15,390 nt of DNA from a virus (lineage: Duplodnaviria; Heunggongvirae; Uroviricota; Caudoviricetes): the IMG/VR virus record IMGVR_UViG_3300032286_000363, positions 98,586 through 113,975 of that record; one strand, 5' to 3'. The notes beneath the pieces are model-generated. The model made no database searches. It had not been told where the DNA came from and saw only the letters and a program-made list of their open reading frames with translations. Below are positions 1 to 7,962 of this stretch, piece by piece. Made by a program: the position numbers and the translations under genes. The stretch's first letter is position 1; every line of letters begins with the position of its first letter.

Positions 1-845
1 GAACATTGACACAGAATATAAAGCCTATATATTAGGCTTTATTTATGCAGATGGATCAGTTTATCAACCACCTGGAAACAGACAGCTTAATTTTAGAATA
101 GGAGTTCAAGAAAGAGACTCTTATATTCTAGATCAGTTATCATTAGCTGCTGCAGGAGGACATAAACACACAGTTAAAACTCCATCTAGTATAAAGAAAG
201 GCTATCAGCCTCAAGTTTGTGTTAACATTAGCTCCAATGAACTATGTCAAGATTTAATAAATTTTGGATGTGGTGTTAGAAAGAGTAAAGAAGGAATGAA
301 ATTTCCTCAACTATCTCCTGAAATGGTTCCTCATTTTATTAGAGGATTTCTAGATGGTGATGGTAGTGTAATTCTTAAAAAACAAAGCTATAAATACAAA
401 AGAAAGACATCGTATAGTATTTCTAATCCTCATCAGGATAGGTTTAAACTTGTATTAGCATTTTCTTCAACAGATAAAGAGTTTCTGTTAGAGATAGCTA
501 AACATTTACAAGTAGAAAAGCCTTACATCACTGAAAAGGTTAGAACTATTATGAACTATATCCTTTGGATAGAAGTTAAAGCTGATGTTCAAAAAGCTAT
601 TATGTATTTATATGGTGATTGTAATTACTTCCTACAAAGAAAGTATAACAAAGTAATTGAATTTAACAAGACAATCAAAAGCGAAGCTACAGATACATCT
701 GTAGAACGTTTAGAGACTACCTGAGCAGTAAAGTCTGCTTAATAACAGGAAGTAGTATGGGTTAGTAACCATATGAAAAAGCGTCCAGCCCCTATTATAG
801 GGTGATGATATAGTCCATGCCTTAGGAAACTAAGGAGAAACCATG
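1..845 (+). mobile_element. Group I self-splicing intron (IA2-like), 3' portion; 5' end lies upstream of the window; interrupts rIIA
   Basis: Core pairings read directly: P6 GCG 681-683/CGU 707-709; P6a CUACAGA 687-693/UCUGUAG 698-704; P7 G-A(bulge)-GACUA 713-719/UAGUCC 811-816; P7.1 (CCUG 720-723/CAGG 746-749, AGCAG 724-728/CUGCU 735-739); P7.2 (UAUGG 756-760/CCAUA 769-773); P8 CCCUA 790-794/UAGGG 798-802; J8/7 AUGAUA 805-810; P9.0 AUG 817-819/CAU 842-844; P9 CCUUAG-GAAA-CUAAGG 820-835; terminal G at 845. The downstream exon resumes in frame with a conserved protein motif. Confidence 0.92.
2..724 (+). CDS. Intron-encoded double-motif LAGLIDADG homing endonuclease, 5'-partial
   Basis: Frame is open from base 2 through the track's ATG at 296. 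Motif 1 KAYILGFIYADGS (20-58); motif 2 HFIRGFLDGDGS shortly after 296. TGA stop at 722-724 lies within the ribozyme core. Confidence 0.9.
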   Translation, partial: NIDTEYKAYILGFIYADGSVYQPPGNRQLNFRIGVQERDSYILDQLSLAAAGGHKHTVKTPSSIKKGYQPQVCVNISSNELCQDLINFGCGVRKSKEGMKFPQLSPEMVPHFIRGFLDGDGSVILKKQSYKYKRKTSYSISNPHQDRFKLVLAFSSTDKEFLLEIAKHLQVEKPYITEKVRTIMNYILWIEVKADVQKAIMYLYGDCNYFLQRKYNKVIEFNKTIKSEATDTSVERLETT

Positions 846-2816
846 CTAGGTTTCAAGGCTCCTTTAGCTTACAGTTCTAGTTTCTATTTTGTATGTAGAA
901 AAGATGGAATAGAACGTAAGTATATGATGTATGAAGGAGAAGACACAAACACAATTGACTTGTTGTATGAAAAAGCTACAACAGAAGATAATGGTGTTAA
1001 GGTGATTGTTCCTGTAAACTATTATGACAGACACGATTTTAGAACAAAGATTAGAGAGCAATTGGCCTATTTTGAGAATGTATATTTTGATTGTGGCGAT
1101 CTTGTAGATAATAACTTTTCTATATTCAGGAATGAATTGTTTCAATTCTCTGAATTAGCTAGTGAATCTTATTTACATTTATGTTTAGATAATGTATACT
1201 ATCCTATTGATTTCCAGAAGCTTGGGATAGATTCTATTCAACTTCCTGTAGCTCTTAGATTTAGTCTTACAGATGGTCTTTTCCCAACTCCAAATAGAGA
1301 ATCTATCAGATATACCAAGGAAGGTAAAGAAATCATCCTTAAGAGAATCTCTGAACTTGCTGATTTCTTTGTAAATAAGTATAATGAGCAAGTGCAAGAT
1401 ACAGATGATATACATGCTATCATGGATTATTATTCTAATACAAATAGAAATGTAACTATTCTAAAATCTAAATATAATGCAGGACTTTTAGTAGAGTTTG
1501 CTACAATAAAATTTAACGAACCAAAGCTTAAGGATGTTAGCGTTCTTAACATGAAAAAACTTCATAGAGTTAGAGAATACATACTTGGTGAATTTGATGT
1601 TAAGTTTAGAATAGAGCGTGGTAAATGGAGAGAGTGTAAAAGTTATTGGGATGTTGATATACAAAGATATGGTCAATACAACAAAGTTAAAGACATTTAC
1701 ATTTATGATGAAAGAATCTCTGGAAACAAGAAAGACTATCTAAAGAGCATTGCTTCTCAAGCATGGAATGAGCAAACTCTACTTATCAGAAAAGGTAAAC
1801 CTTTTACACTTGGTTCTGTAAGAGGTGCTACTGACTATAAGACTTACATGGATATTCTAGATCTTAGGAACATTGATAAGTCTTTATGGAGAACTGCTAT
1901 TAAGGAGTTTCAATCTATTGTAAAGATGTACAATAAAGAATGGCAAGATCTTGATGCATTAGTGGTTCCTCAATCCTTTATAGACAGTAAGAAGAAAGTG
2001 AAGATTAGTGTTTCTGGAGGCACGCCTGGTGTAAGAAGACAAAAGCTTAAAGGTGAAATCGTTGGTAAAGAAGCTTCTCCATTAGAAAGAGATGTGTATG
2101 GTCAGAATTGTAAGTTTGTTCCTACAACATATGTTTTAGAGAACGCTCACAAACTACCATATCTACATGTTTATGGTTCTCAAGCTGATAAAGATGTGCT
2201 TGATCGTTTATATGGTGCATTTAATAAATGTCGTAAGAACATTAAGTTCATCATATTCTCTGAAAGAGAACTTAATAACTTAGAGAAAGTAGAATTACAC
2301 AACTGGATAAAACTTGATAAATTTATGAAAGGAGACAACAAACCATTTAAGAGAATAGTGACAGCTTATTTAGTAAAGAAGCTTTATGAGAAGAACAGAT
2401 CGGTGTTTCAAAGAAATCACCACATGTTATCAATTTCTGAAGATCTTTACAATAAAATTGTAATGCTTGGTAAATATCAAGATCTTTATCATCCTGGATA
2501 TATGTCTGCAGATACAGAAGCTATTATATTCAGTGAGCTTTTAGAAATAGCTGAAGCTAAAGATCTATTTGATGGTGAAGTCTATCCTATTTATCAAGAG
2601 GTTAAAGAGATTCTTGAGAAGTTCCCATTCATTGAGAATGTATTCAGTGTAATGAAAAGTTGGGGATGTGATGATCCTTTACAACAAGTTGTTATTGATC
2701 TTTTGAAGTATAACAGACATAGAGTTAATTTAAAGAATTACACTGTTAAACTTACAGAAGATGCTCCTTTAGAGCAAGAATTAACTGAAGATGTTGTAGA
2801 AACTCTACAAGATTAA
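846..2816 (+). CDS. rIIA: rIIA-like protein (GHKL/Hsp90-like ATPase N-terminus), exon 2; exon 1 is upstream of the window
   Basis: Begins LGFKAPLAYSSSF, matching the second half of the rIIA GxxG-LGxKxPxxY motif (T4 rIIA GGFGLGSKSPFSYTDTF, recalled from memory). Also NGVKVIVPV and PTPNRESI motifs. Lies directly upstream of a clear rIIB. Confidence 0.85.
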   Translation, partial: LGFKAPLAYSSSFYFVCRKDGIERKYMMYEGEDTNTIDLLYEKATTEDNGVKVIVPVNYYDRHDFRTKIREQLAYFENVYFDCGDLVDNNFSIFRNELFQFSELASESYLHLCLDNVYYPIDFQKLGIDSIQLPVALRFSLTDGLFPTPNRESIRYTKEGKEIILKRISELADFFVNKYNEQVQDTDDIHAIMDYYSNTNRNVTILKSKYNAGLLVEFATIKFNEPKLKDVSVLNMKKLHRVREYILGEFDVKFRIERGKWRECKSYWDVDIQRYGQYNKVKDIYIYDERISGNKKDYLKSIASQAWNEQTLLIRKGKPFTLGSVRGATDYKTYMDILDLRNIDKSLWRTAIKEFQSIVKMYNKEWQDLDALVVPQSFIDSKKKVKISVSGGTPGVRRQKLKGEIVGKEASPLERDVYGQNCKFVPTTYVLENAHKLPYLHVYGSQADKDVLDRLYGAFNKCRKNIKFIIFSERELNNLEKVELHNWIKLDKFMKGDNKPFKRIVTAYLVKKLYEKNRSVFQRNHHMLSISEDLYNKIVMLGKYQDLYHPGYMSADTEAIIFSELLEIAEAKDLFDGEVYPIYQEVKEILEKFPFIENVFSVMKSWGCDDPLQQVVIDLLKYNRHRVNLKNYTVKLTEDAPLEQELTEDVVETLQD

Positions 2817-2817
2817 A

Positions 2818-2849
2818 TTTGGTATTATGTATAATTTTTAGTATATTTA
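2818..2849 (+). promoter_or_regulatory. Bacteroidota-type promoter for rIIB
   Basis: TTTG 2818-2821, 20-nt spacer, TATATTTA 2842-2849; resembles the TTTG(-33)/TAnnTTTG(-7) consensus. Confidence 0.65.
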
Positions 2850-2878
2850 GGGGGTACAAAGCCCCCATTTTTATTTTT
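2850..2878 (+). terminator. Intrinsic terminator after rIIA
   Basis: GGGGG 2850-2854/CCCCC 2862-2866 stem followed by ATTTTTATTTTT. Confidence 0.55.
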
Positions 2879-2897
2879 CATTTAAAAACAAAAAAAC

Positions 2898-4382
2898 ATG
2901 AGCAATTTTAGCATTGACTGGTTCAAACAAGAATTAGTAAAATTACAATTAGAAGAACAAAGACTTAAGAACGAAATGATGAGACTTGAGTTGGAAGAAA
3001 AACAAAAAGAGGTTGATGATTGTGACTGTGAGGATGGGTGGGAGATTGAGAATGATTTTGATGAGGAAGAAAATGATTACAAATGGGATGGTACTCAAAA
3101 CTTTAGTGATGAGCAAGAGTATGTTCCTTATTTTAAACCTTACATGCATCTTAAAATGGTTAATGATGTATTGACTATTGTGTTACACGATGGTCAAATC
3201 ATCAGCAAACCAAATGCTACACAAGATGATTTCAAAGCAGCACAGAATGCTAGCAATGAAGCAGACTTATTCACTCTTGTTATGTCTCAAGAAGTTAGAG
3301 AAGACAAGATGAAAAGAGATGCTGAAGTGAGCAGAATGAAAGCTATCCAAAAAGGATTGGATGAGCTTTCAAACTTTAATGATTTTGTTGTAGATGGTTA
3401 CACTGTATATCTTAAAGGTATCAGTAGAAGTCTTCCACAAATCATTGTAGAAGAGTTCTTAACAATCATTGGTGCTTATTCTAACATGGGAATATCTAAT
3501 GATGAGATAGAGAAATCACTACCGTATAATGAAAGCTATCAAGGTCTTAAAAGATTCTTTATGTGGTGTTGCTTAAATCCAAGAGCAGAAGTTGCACATG
3601 AGTTGTACAGATTCTTGAAAGAGAATTCCTTCAGAATAACAAAACAAGGTTTCTTTGTTGCTCTTAGGAATGTTGTAAGCTTATGTGATGATACAGCCCT
3701 TGTAGATTTTGTAAGCAATTCTTACAACAAGATTAAGGCTATCTGGAAGAAAGATCCTTCTCAAAAGAATGTATGGAAAGATTCTAACGATTTCTATTTC
3801 TTACAAGATCTTGAATTTGAAGGAGCTTCAAATGTATCCTTAGTAGGTAACCTTACAGCTTTATATTTGGAACTTCCTCAAATGAAGAATAACCGTTATA
3901 CAGATGCATGGACTAAAACATTTGACATTCGTGTAGGTGTTCCTGTAAACATGCCTATGAGTGATTGTAACTGGAGTACACAAGATTGTGCTGCTGCAGG
4001 ATTACATTTCACAGCTGATCATATCAACTATGTAGGATGTGGTGATACATCTATGTTGATTCTTATTAACCCAATGAAGGTTGTTGGTATTGGTGAATAC
4101 AAAGGTCGTTGTTATGAATATCTTCCATTGATGACTGTTCCTACAGAAGAGTCTACAACCATCCTTCACGATCTTAACTTTGATACATTGGAATTAGATG
4201 ATCAATATGCTGTTCGCGAATTGGAATCATTGGTTGAAAGAACACAAGCAGGATTTGTAGCAGAATCTCGTAAGTATGATTTTAACATTCCTAACATTTC
4301 TATTGCAGAGATAAAAGGAATTACAGCATCTCTTGAAGAAATGTATTCAGAAATTGCAGATAGAATCAAAAACATCGATTAA
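2898..4382 (+). CDS. rIIB: rIIB-like protein
   Basis: C-terminal half carries rIIB-type motifs: ELYRFLKENSFRITKQGFFVALRNV, YTDAWTKTF, VNMP, C..GLH, INPMKVV, RCYEY. Follows rIIA. Confidence 0.85.
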   Translation: MSNFSIDWFKQELVKLQLEEQRLKNEMMRLELEEKQKEVDDCDCEDGWEIENDFDEEENDYKWDGTQNFSDEQEYVPYFKPYMHLKMVNDVLTIVLHDGQIISKPNATQDDFKAAQNASNEADLFTLVMSQEVREDKMKRDAEVSRMKAIQKGLDELSNFNDFVVDGYTVYLKGISRSLPQIIVEEFLTIIGAYSNMGISNDEIEKSLPYNESYQGLKRFFMWCCLNPRAEVAHELYRFLKENSFRITKQGFFVALRNVVSLCDDTALVDFVSNSYNKIKAIWKKDPSQKNVWKDSNDFYFLQDLEFEGASNVSLVGNLTALYLELPQMKNNRYTDAWTKTFDIRVGVPVNMPMSDCNWSTQDCAAAGLHFTADHINYVGCGDTSMLILINPMKVVGIGEYKGRCYEYLPLMTVPTEESTTILHDLNFDTLELDDQYAVRELESLVERTQAGFVAESRKYDFNIPNISIAEIKGITASLEEMYSEIADRIKNID

Positions 4383-4389
4383 TTAAAAT

Positions 4390-4425
4390 AATATACCCCA
4401 TTTATGTCTATATTTGGGGTATATT
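4390..4425 (+). terminator. 11-bp hairpin after rIIB, overlapping a -7 promoter box (TATATTTG 4409-4416)
   Basis: AATATACCCCA 4390-4400 is the exact reverse complement of TGGGGTATATT 4415-4425; T-rich tail follows. Confidence 0.6.
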
Positions 4426-4433
4426 TTATTATT

Positions 4434-4841
4434 ATGACTACAAAAAGAAAAAAGGCTGTTGCTAAACCTAAAACCTTAAAGACTAGAAATGCAGGCACAC
4501 TAACAGAGAGTGCTTTCTGGAGCTTTATTAGAAGTGGACTAAGACAAAAGAGTAGATTTTGGAAACCTATTACACAATGTAAGATGGCTAACAGAAGAAC
4601 TTACAAAGGACCTCTCAAGAGGCAGAAGTTTGAATATCAGTGTAACGAATGTAAACAATGGTTTCCTGACAAGGAGATCAATGTTGACCACAAGATCCCA
4701 GTGGGGGCTCTTAATTGTTCAGCTGATTTAGCTGGTTTTGTTGAACGTTTGTTTTGTGAAGAAGAAAATCTTCAGTGTTTGTGCTCAAACTGTCATGATG
4801 TTAAGACTAAAAAGGAAAAAGAATTACGTAAAAAAAGTTAA
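4434..4841 (+). CDS. Zn-binding HNH endonuclease-family protein
   Basis: CNEC...NVDHKIP...NLQCLCSNCHDVKT. ATG 4434 is preferred over 4404, which lies inside the hairpin loop. Confidence 0.8.
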   Translation: MTTKRKKAVAKPKTLKTRNAGTLTESAFWSFIRSGLRQKSRFWKPITQCKMANRRTYKGPLKRQKFEYQCNECKQWFPDKEINVDHKIPVGALNCSADLAGFVERLFCEEENLQCLCSNCHDVKTKKEKELRKKS

Positions 4842-4848
4842 TCATATA

Positions 4849-4880
4849 TTTGGAAATGTGATAAATATGGTCTACTTTTA
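4849..4880 (+). promoter_or_regulatory. Bacteroidota-type promoter for the GIY-YIG gene
   Basis: TTTG 4849-4852, 20-nt spacer, TACTTTTA 4873-4880, 18 nt before ATG 4899. Confidence 0.5.
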
Positions 4881-4898
4881 TATTATAAACTCTATAGT

Positions 4899-5513
4899 AT
4901 GTTTTATCTTTATCAACATGTCAGATTAGACACTAACCAAGTATTTTATATTGGAATATCACGTTATAATAAACAGTATAAGTATAAAAGAGCAGCTCAA
5001 AAAGATAAAAGAAACTCTATTTGGAAAAATATTGTTTCTAAAACTAATTTTATATATGAAATTCTTTTAGAATCTAATGATATAAATGTTATAAAATCTA
5101 AAGAGATTGAACTAATAGCTTATTATGGTAAAATAAAATACAAAACAGGATGTCTAGCTAATATTACAGATGGTGGTGAAGGTACCTTTGGGTATATACC
5201 AAGTAAAGAAATCAGATTAAAACATTCAGAAAATATGAAAGGAAGAAAACATAGTGAAGAAACTAAGTTAAAAATGAAAAATGCTCAGTTAGGTAAAATT
5301 GTTCCAGCAGAAGTAGGTAAAAAAATAAGTAAATCTAAAAAAGGTAAAAGTGTAGGTAAATTACATGAAAATAAACCTTTAAAAGTTTTACATATACCAA
5401 CTAACATGGAATTTAAATCTATAACAAAAGCAGCTCAATATTTTAATTTAAGGAGATGTACTCTTGCTATAAATATTCATTCTGGAAAAGAAAAAGATTT
5501 TAAAATTGTCTAG
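4899..5513 (+). CDS. Free-standing GIY-YIG homing endonuclease with NUMOD3 and C-terminal NUMOD1-like DNA-binding modules
   Basis: FYLYQH...FYIG, conserved R, KEIELIAYYG, LANITDGGEG; HSEETKLKMK (NUMOD3); EFKSITKAAQYF (NUMOD1/IENR1-like). Visibly more AT-rich than its neighbours. Confidence 0.85.
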   Translation: MFYLYQHVRLDTNQVFYIGISRYNKQYKYKRAAQKDKRNSIWKNIVSKTNFIYEILLESNDINVIKSKEIELIAYYGKIKYKTGCLANITDGGEGTFGYIPSKEIRLKHSENMKGRKHSEETKLKMKNAQLGKIVPAEVGKKISKSKKGKSVGKLHENKPLKVLHIPTNMEFKSITKAAQYFNLRRCTLAINIHSGKEKDFKIV

Positions 5514-5563
5514 CAGGTTTATCTAAAACAGCTGGAGGATATATTTGGAAATTTAAAAATTAA
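5504..5563 (+). pseudogene. Out-of-frame relic of a NUMOD1-type homing endonuclease C-terminus
   Basis: Translates as NCLAGLSKTAGGYIWKFKN*, bounded by TAA 5501-5503 and TAA 5561-5563. C..G..KTAGGYxW is the typical NUMOD1 tail. Confidence 0.6.
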
Positions 5564-5566
5564 TAA

Positions 5567-5803
5567 ATGAGTAACGATTTAAAAATTGAGATTAACAAAG
5601 ATGTATCTTTTGTTGAACACTGGTATGAAGGAAAAATACAATACGATAATCAGGAGCATTTGTTCTGGTTAATCTATCCAAAAGGAACAGACATTAATGG
5701 AAACAGCTATGAAATAGATGTAAGATTTTTCTTCCAAAGAGTTCCTAGGGAAGTTAGAGCAATGATTCCATATATTATTGACGCATTTAAACAAAAAATA
5801 TGA
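5567..5803 (+). CDS. Hypothetical protein (78 aa)
   Basis: Intact ORF; ATGA overlap with the next gene. Confidence 0.7.
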   Translation: MSNDLKIEINKDVSFVEHWYEGKIQYDNQEHLFWLIYPKGTDINGNSYEIDVRFFFQRVPREVRAMIPYIIDAFKQKI

Positions 5804-6846
5804 TAAAAACAGAAAAGAGTTACAGAGCTATCCAAATGGATAGTTCTTCTAGTCTTAAGGAGTTTTCAACTAACAGAAAGAAGTATTACAAAAAGTATAT
5901 ACTGAATGAAAGAGTTGAAGATGAGGATAACAAAGCTGCCACTATAGGCAGAGTGGTAGAAACCTTGTTGTTAGAACCACAAGAATTTGATGCTAGATTT
6001 TATATGTCTACATGTGCAAGTGCTCCTACAGGGCTAATGTTAGCTTTTGTAGAGGCTTTATATAAGCACACTATGGCAAACACAGATGAGAATGGAAACA
6101 TTAGTGTAGAGTTTGAAGAGATTTGCAAAGCAGCTTATGCAGATTCAGGATTCAAAATCAAGTTTGATGCTGTATTAGCTAAGTTTGTAGGTTCTGATGC
6201 TGAAATCTTCTATAAGGAAATGAGAGAAGTGAGAAGTAAAGGTCTTACAGTGGTTACAACAGAAGATGTCACAAATGCTGACAATATTGTGACAGAATTG
6301 AAAAGCAACTTTGTTACTGCAGAAGTGATAAATCTTGTAAACAGTGCACGTTACACTATCAATAATCAGTTCCAGATAGAAGGATATGGTGTAGATGGCC
6401 ATTTGTTTAAGAGCATGATGGATAAGGTGGTTATAGATCATAACGAAAGAACAATACAAGTGTACGATCTTAAATGTACATGGAGTGTTGAGAATTTCTA
6501 TGAAGAATACTATCTTTACAGAAGAGCTTATATTCAGGCCTATTTGTATTATAAAGCAGCACAATCTATGACTATCAATGAGGAAAGTGAACTTTATGGA
6601 TATTATGTTCTCTATCCAAAGTTTATTGTATGCGATAGTACAAACTATTTCAATCCATTGATCTATACACTTGATCTTGCTGATATGACAAATGCTTATG
6701 AGGGATTTGAACATAAAGGAAGAATCTATCCTGGTGTTAAACAGCTTATAGAAGATCTTAAGTGGGCTATTGAATATAATGTTTGGAACATTAGCAGAGG
6801 AAACTATATTAATAACGGATTAGTAAATGTAAAAGGAGGAAATTGA
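5800..6846 (+). CDS. PD-(D/E)XK exonuclease, RecE/ExoVIII C-terminal-like
   Basis: SSSSLK N-terminal motif, IGRVVETLLLEP, KSMMDKV, VYDLKCT (D-x-K), YIQAYLY. Confidence 0.75.
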   Translation: MIKTEKSYRAIQMDSSSSLKEFSTNRKKYYKKYILNERVEDEDNKAATIGRVVETLLLEPQEFDARFYMSTCASAPTGLMLAFVEALYKHTMANTDENGNISVEFEEICKAAYADSGFKIKFDAVLAKFVGSDAEIFYKEMREVRSKGLTVVTTEDVTNADNIVTELKSNFVTAEVINLVNSARYTINNQFQIEGYGVDGHLFKSMMDKVVIDHNERTIQVYDLKCTWSVENFYEEYYLYRRAYIQAYLYYKAAQSMTINEESELYGYYVLYPKFIVCDSTNYFNPLIYTLDLADMTNAYEGFEHKGRIYPGVKQLIEDLKWAIEYNVWNISRGNYINNGLVNVKGGN

Positions 6847-7397
6847 TGGATGTAAAAAAGACCATCACAAGTATATTCATAATGCCTACATTAAAGATAG
6901 GCAGAGAAAGACTACTTGGAAATGGATATATAAATGGGTATATAAAGGATGAAGAAAGAGATGTGCAATATCAAAACGCTGTATATGCTCTTTTTAAACC
7001 AAAAAAGATGGATGCTTTTCGTAGTTTTCTTGATGAAGAATATGCAAGAACAAATCAAATTATAGATGATTATGACTATCCAGAAGGATTTGTTGTTCTT
7101 GTGTATAATTTGGATGAGAAATTCAAGAGTGATTTTCTTCTTGTTAAAGAAGGATTGTATTCTAAAACTTCCAAAGAGTTTCAAGCACAGTTTCCAAAGA
7201 TTGTAAAGCTATTCAAGAATGGACTTCATAAAGATGAAATCTCTCTTCAATATCGTGTCTTCAATAAGACAGAAGATCTTAAGAAATACTGGGAAGAAAA
7301 ACTTGGTGTAGAGTTTGATGACACCATGGAAGTTTGGGATGGATTTAATATTGATAAAGAATCTTTAAACCTTAATAAAATTAAACAATATGTATAA
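6846..7397 (+). CDS. Hypothetical phage protein (183 aa)
   Basis: Intact ORF; ATG overlaps the previous TGA (TGATG 6844-6848). Confidence 0.75.
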   Translation: MDVKKTITSIFIMPTLKIGRERLLGNGYINGYIKDEERDVQYQNAVYALFKPKKMDAFRSFLDEEYARTNQIIDDYDYPEGFVVLVYNLDEKFKSDFLLVKEGLYSKTSKEFQAQFPKIVKLFKNGLHKDEISLQYRVFNKTEDLKKYWEEKLGVEFDDTMEVWDGFNIDKESLNLNKIKQYV

Positions 7398-7587
7398 CGA
7401 ACAATTATTAGTAAGGCTTATTGCTGATTTTGGTGTAGACCAAACTATTGCTTATTGCAAAATGGAAAGTGCAAAAAACTCCTATCTGTTTGAAGAATGT
7501 GTTAAGTCAGGTGAAGATCTCACTTGTACACAATATGATTTTGAAAGAGATTGGTGGAAAACTGCAGAATTAAAATTAAAACCTTAA
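7390..7587 (+). CDS. Hypothetical protein (65 aa)
   Basis: Overlaps the previous stop; part of a coupled gene run. Confidence 0.6.
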   Translation: MYNEQLLVRLIADFGVDQTIAYCKMESAKNSYLFEECVKSGEDLTCTQYDFERDWWKTAELKLKP

Positions 7588-7590
7588 ATT

Positions 7591-7962
7591 ATGAAAATGT
7601 TAGAACTGTTACAAGAACATCCTAAAACAGCCATTGTTATAAAACAATGGTTTTTAGAGAAGATGTTAGAAAGTCTTAAAGATGAATCTCTTCCTGAAGA
7701 TTTCAAAAATTATGTAAGAGAACAGGGAATAGATGATGATAAGATAGCAAGTATGATGGAAGGTTCTCCTAGAAGTCTATTTGATATATTTGATGAGCAT
7801 AAAATCCATGTAGAAATTTTACACGAGGTTACAGGCTTCTGGTGGAAAATTAAAGATGATAAAACCTTTCTACGTTTAGGAAATGATCCTTATAAAATTA
7901 GAACAGAAGCTGAAAAAGAATCTATTATTGAATCATTTAAATTATTGGAGGAAAAATTATGA
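7591..7962 (+). CDS. Hypothetical protein (123 aa)
   Basis: Intact ORF; ATGA overlap with the next gene. Confidence 0.7.
   Translation: MKMLELLQEHPKTAIVIKQWFLEKMLESLKDESLPEDFKNYVREQGIDDDKIASMMEGSPRSLFDIFDEHKIHVEILHEVTGFWWKIKDDKTFLRLGNDPYKIRTEAEKESIIESFKLLEEKL

Noticed and set aside
258-271. AAATTTTGGATGT as the possible intron P4/P3 5' strand
   Set aside because: It sits mid-endonuclease and offers only weak G-U-rich pairing; the true 5' strands are more likely upstream of the window.
623-754. Extra pairings AATTACTT 623-630/AAGTAATT 651-658 and TACTTCCT 626-633/AGGAAGTA 747-754
   Set aside because: These are short AT-rich matches that conflict with the P7.1 model and cannot be assigned without the 5' half of the intron.
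4434-5513. HNH and GIY-YIG ORFs are in the same frame, separated by a single TAA (4839-4841)
   Set aside because: Read-through fusion is unlikely: TAA is a strong stop, the spacer holds a promoter for the second gene, and a shared frame over 19 codons can arise by chance.
4842-5566. GIY-YIG gene as part of a second intron
   Set aside because: No P7 (GACUA/UAGUC) or other core elements flank it, and the neighbouring ORFs look complete.
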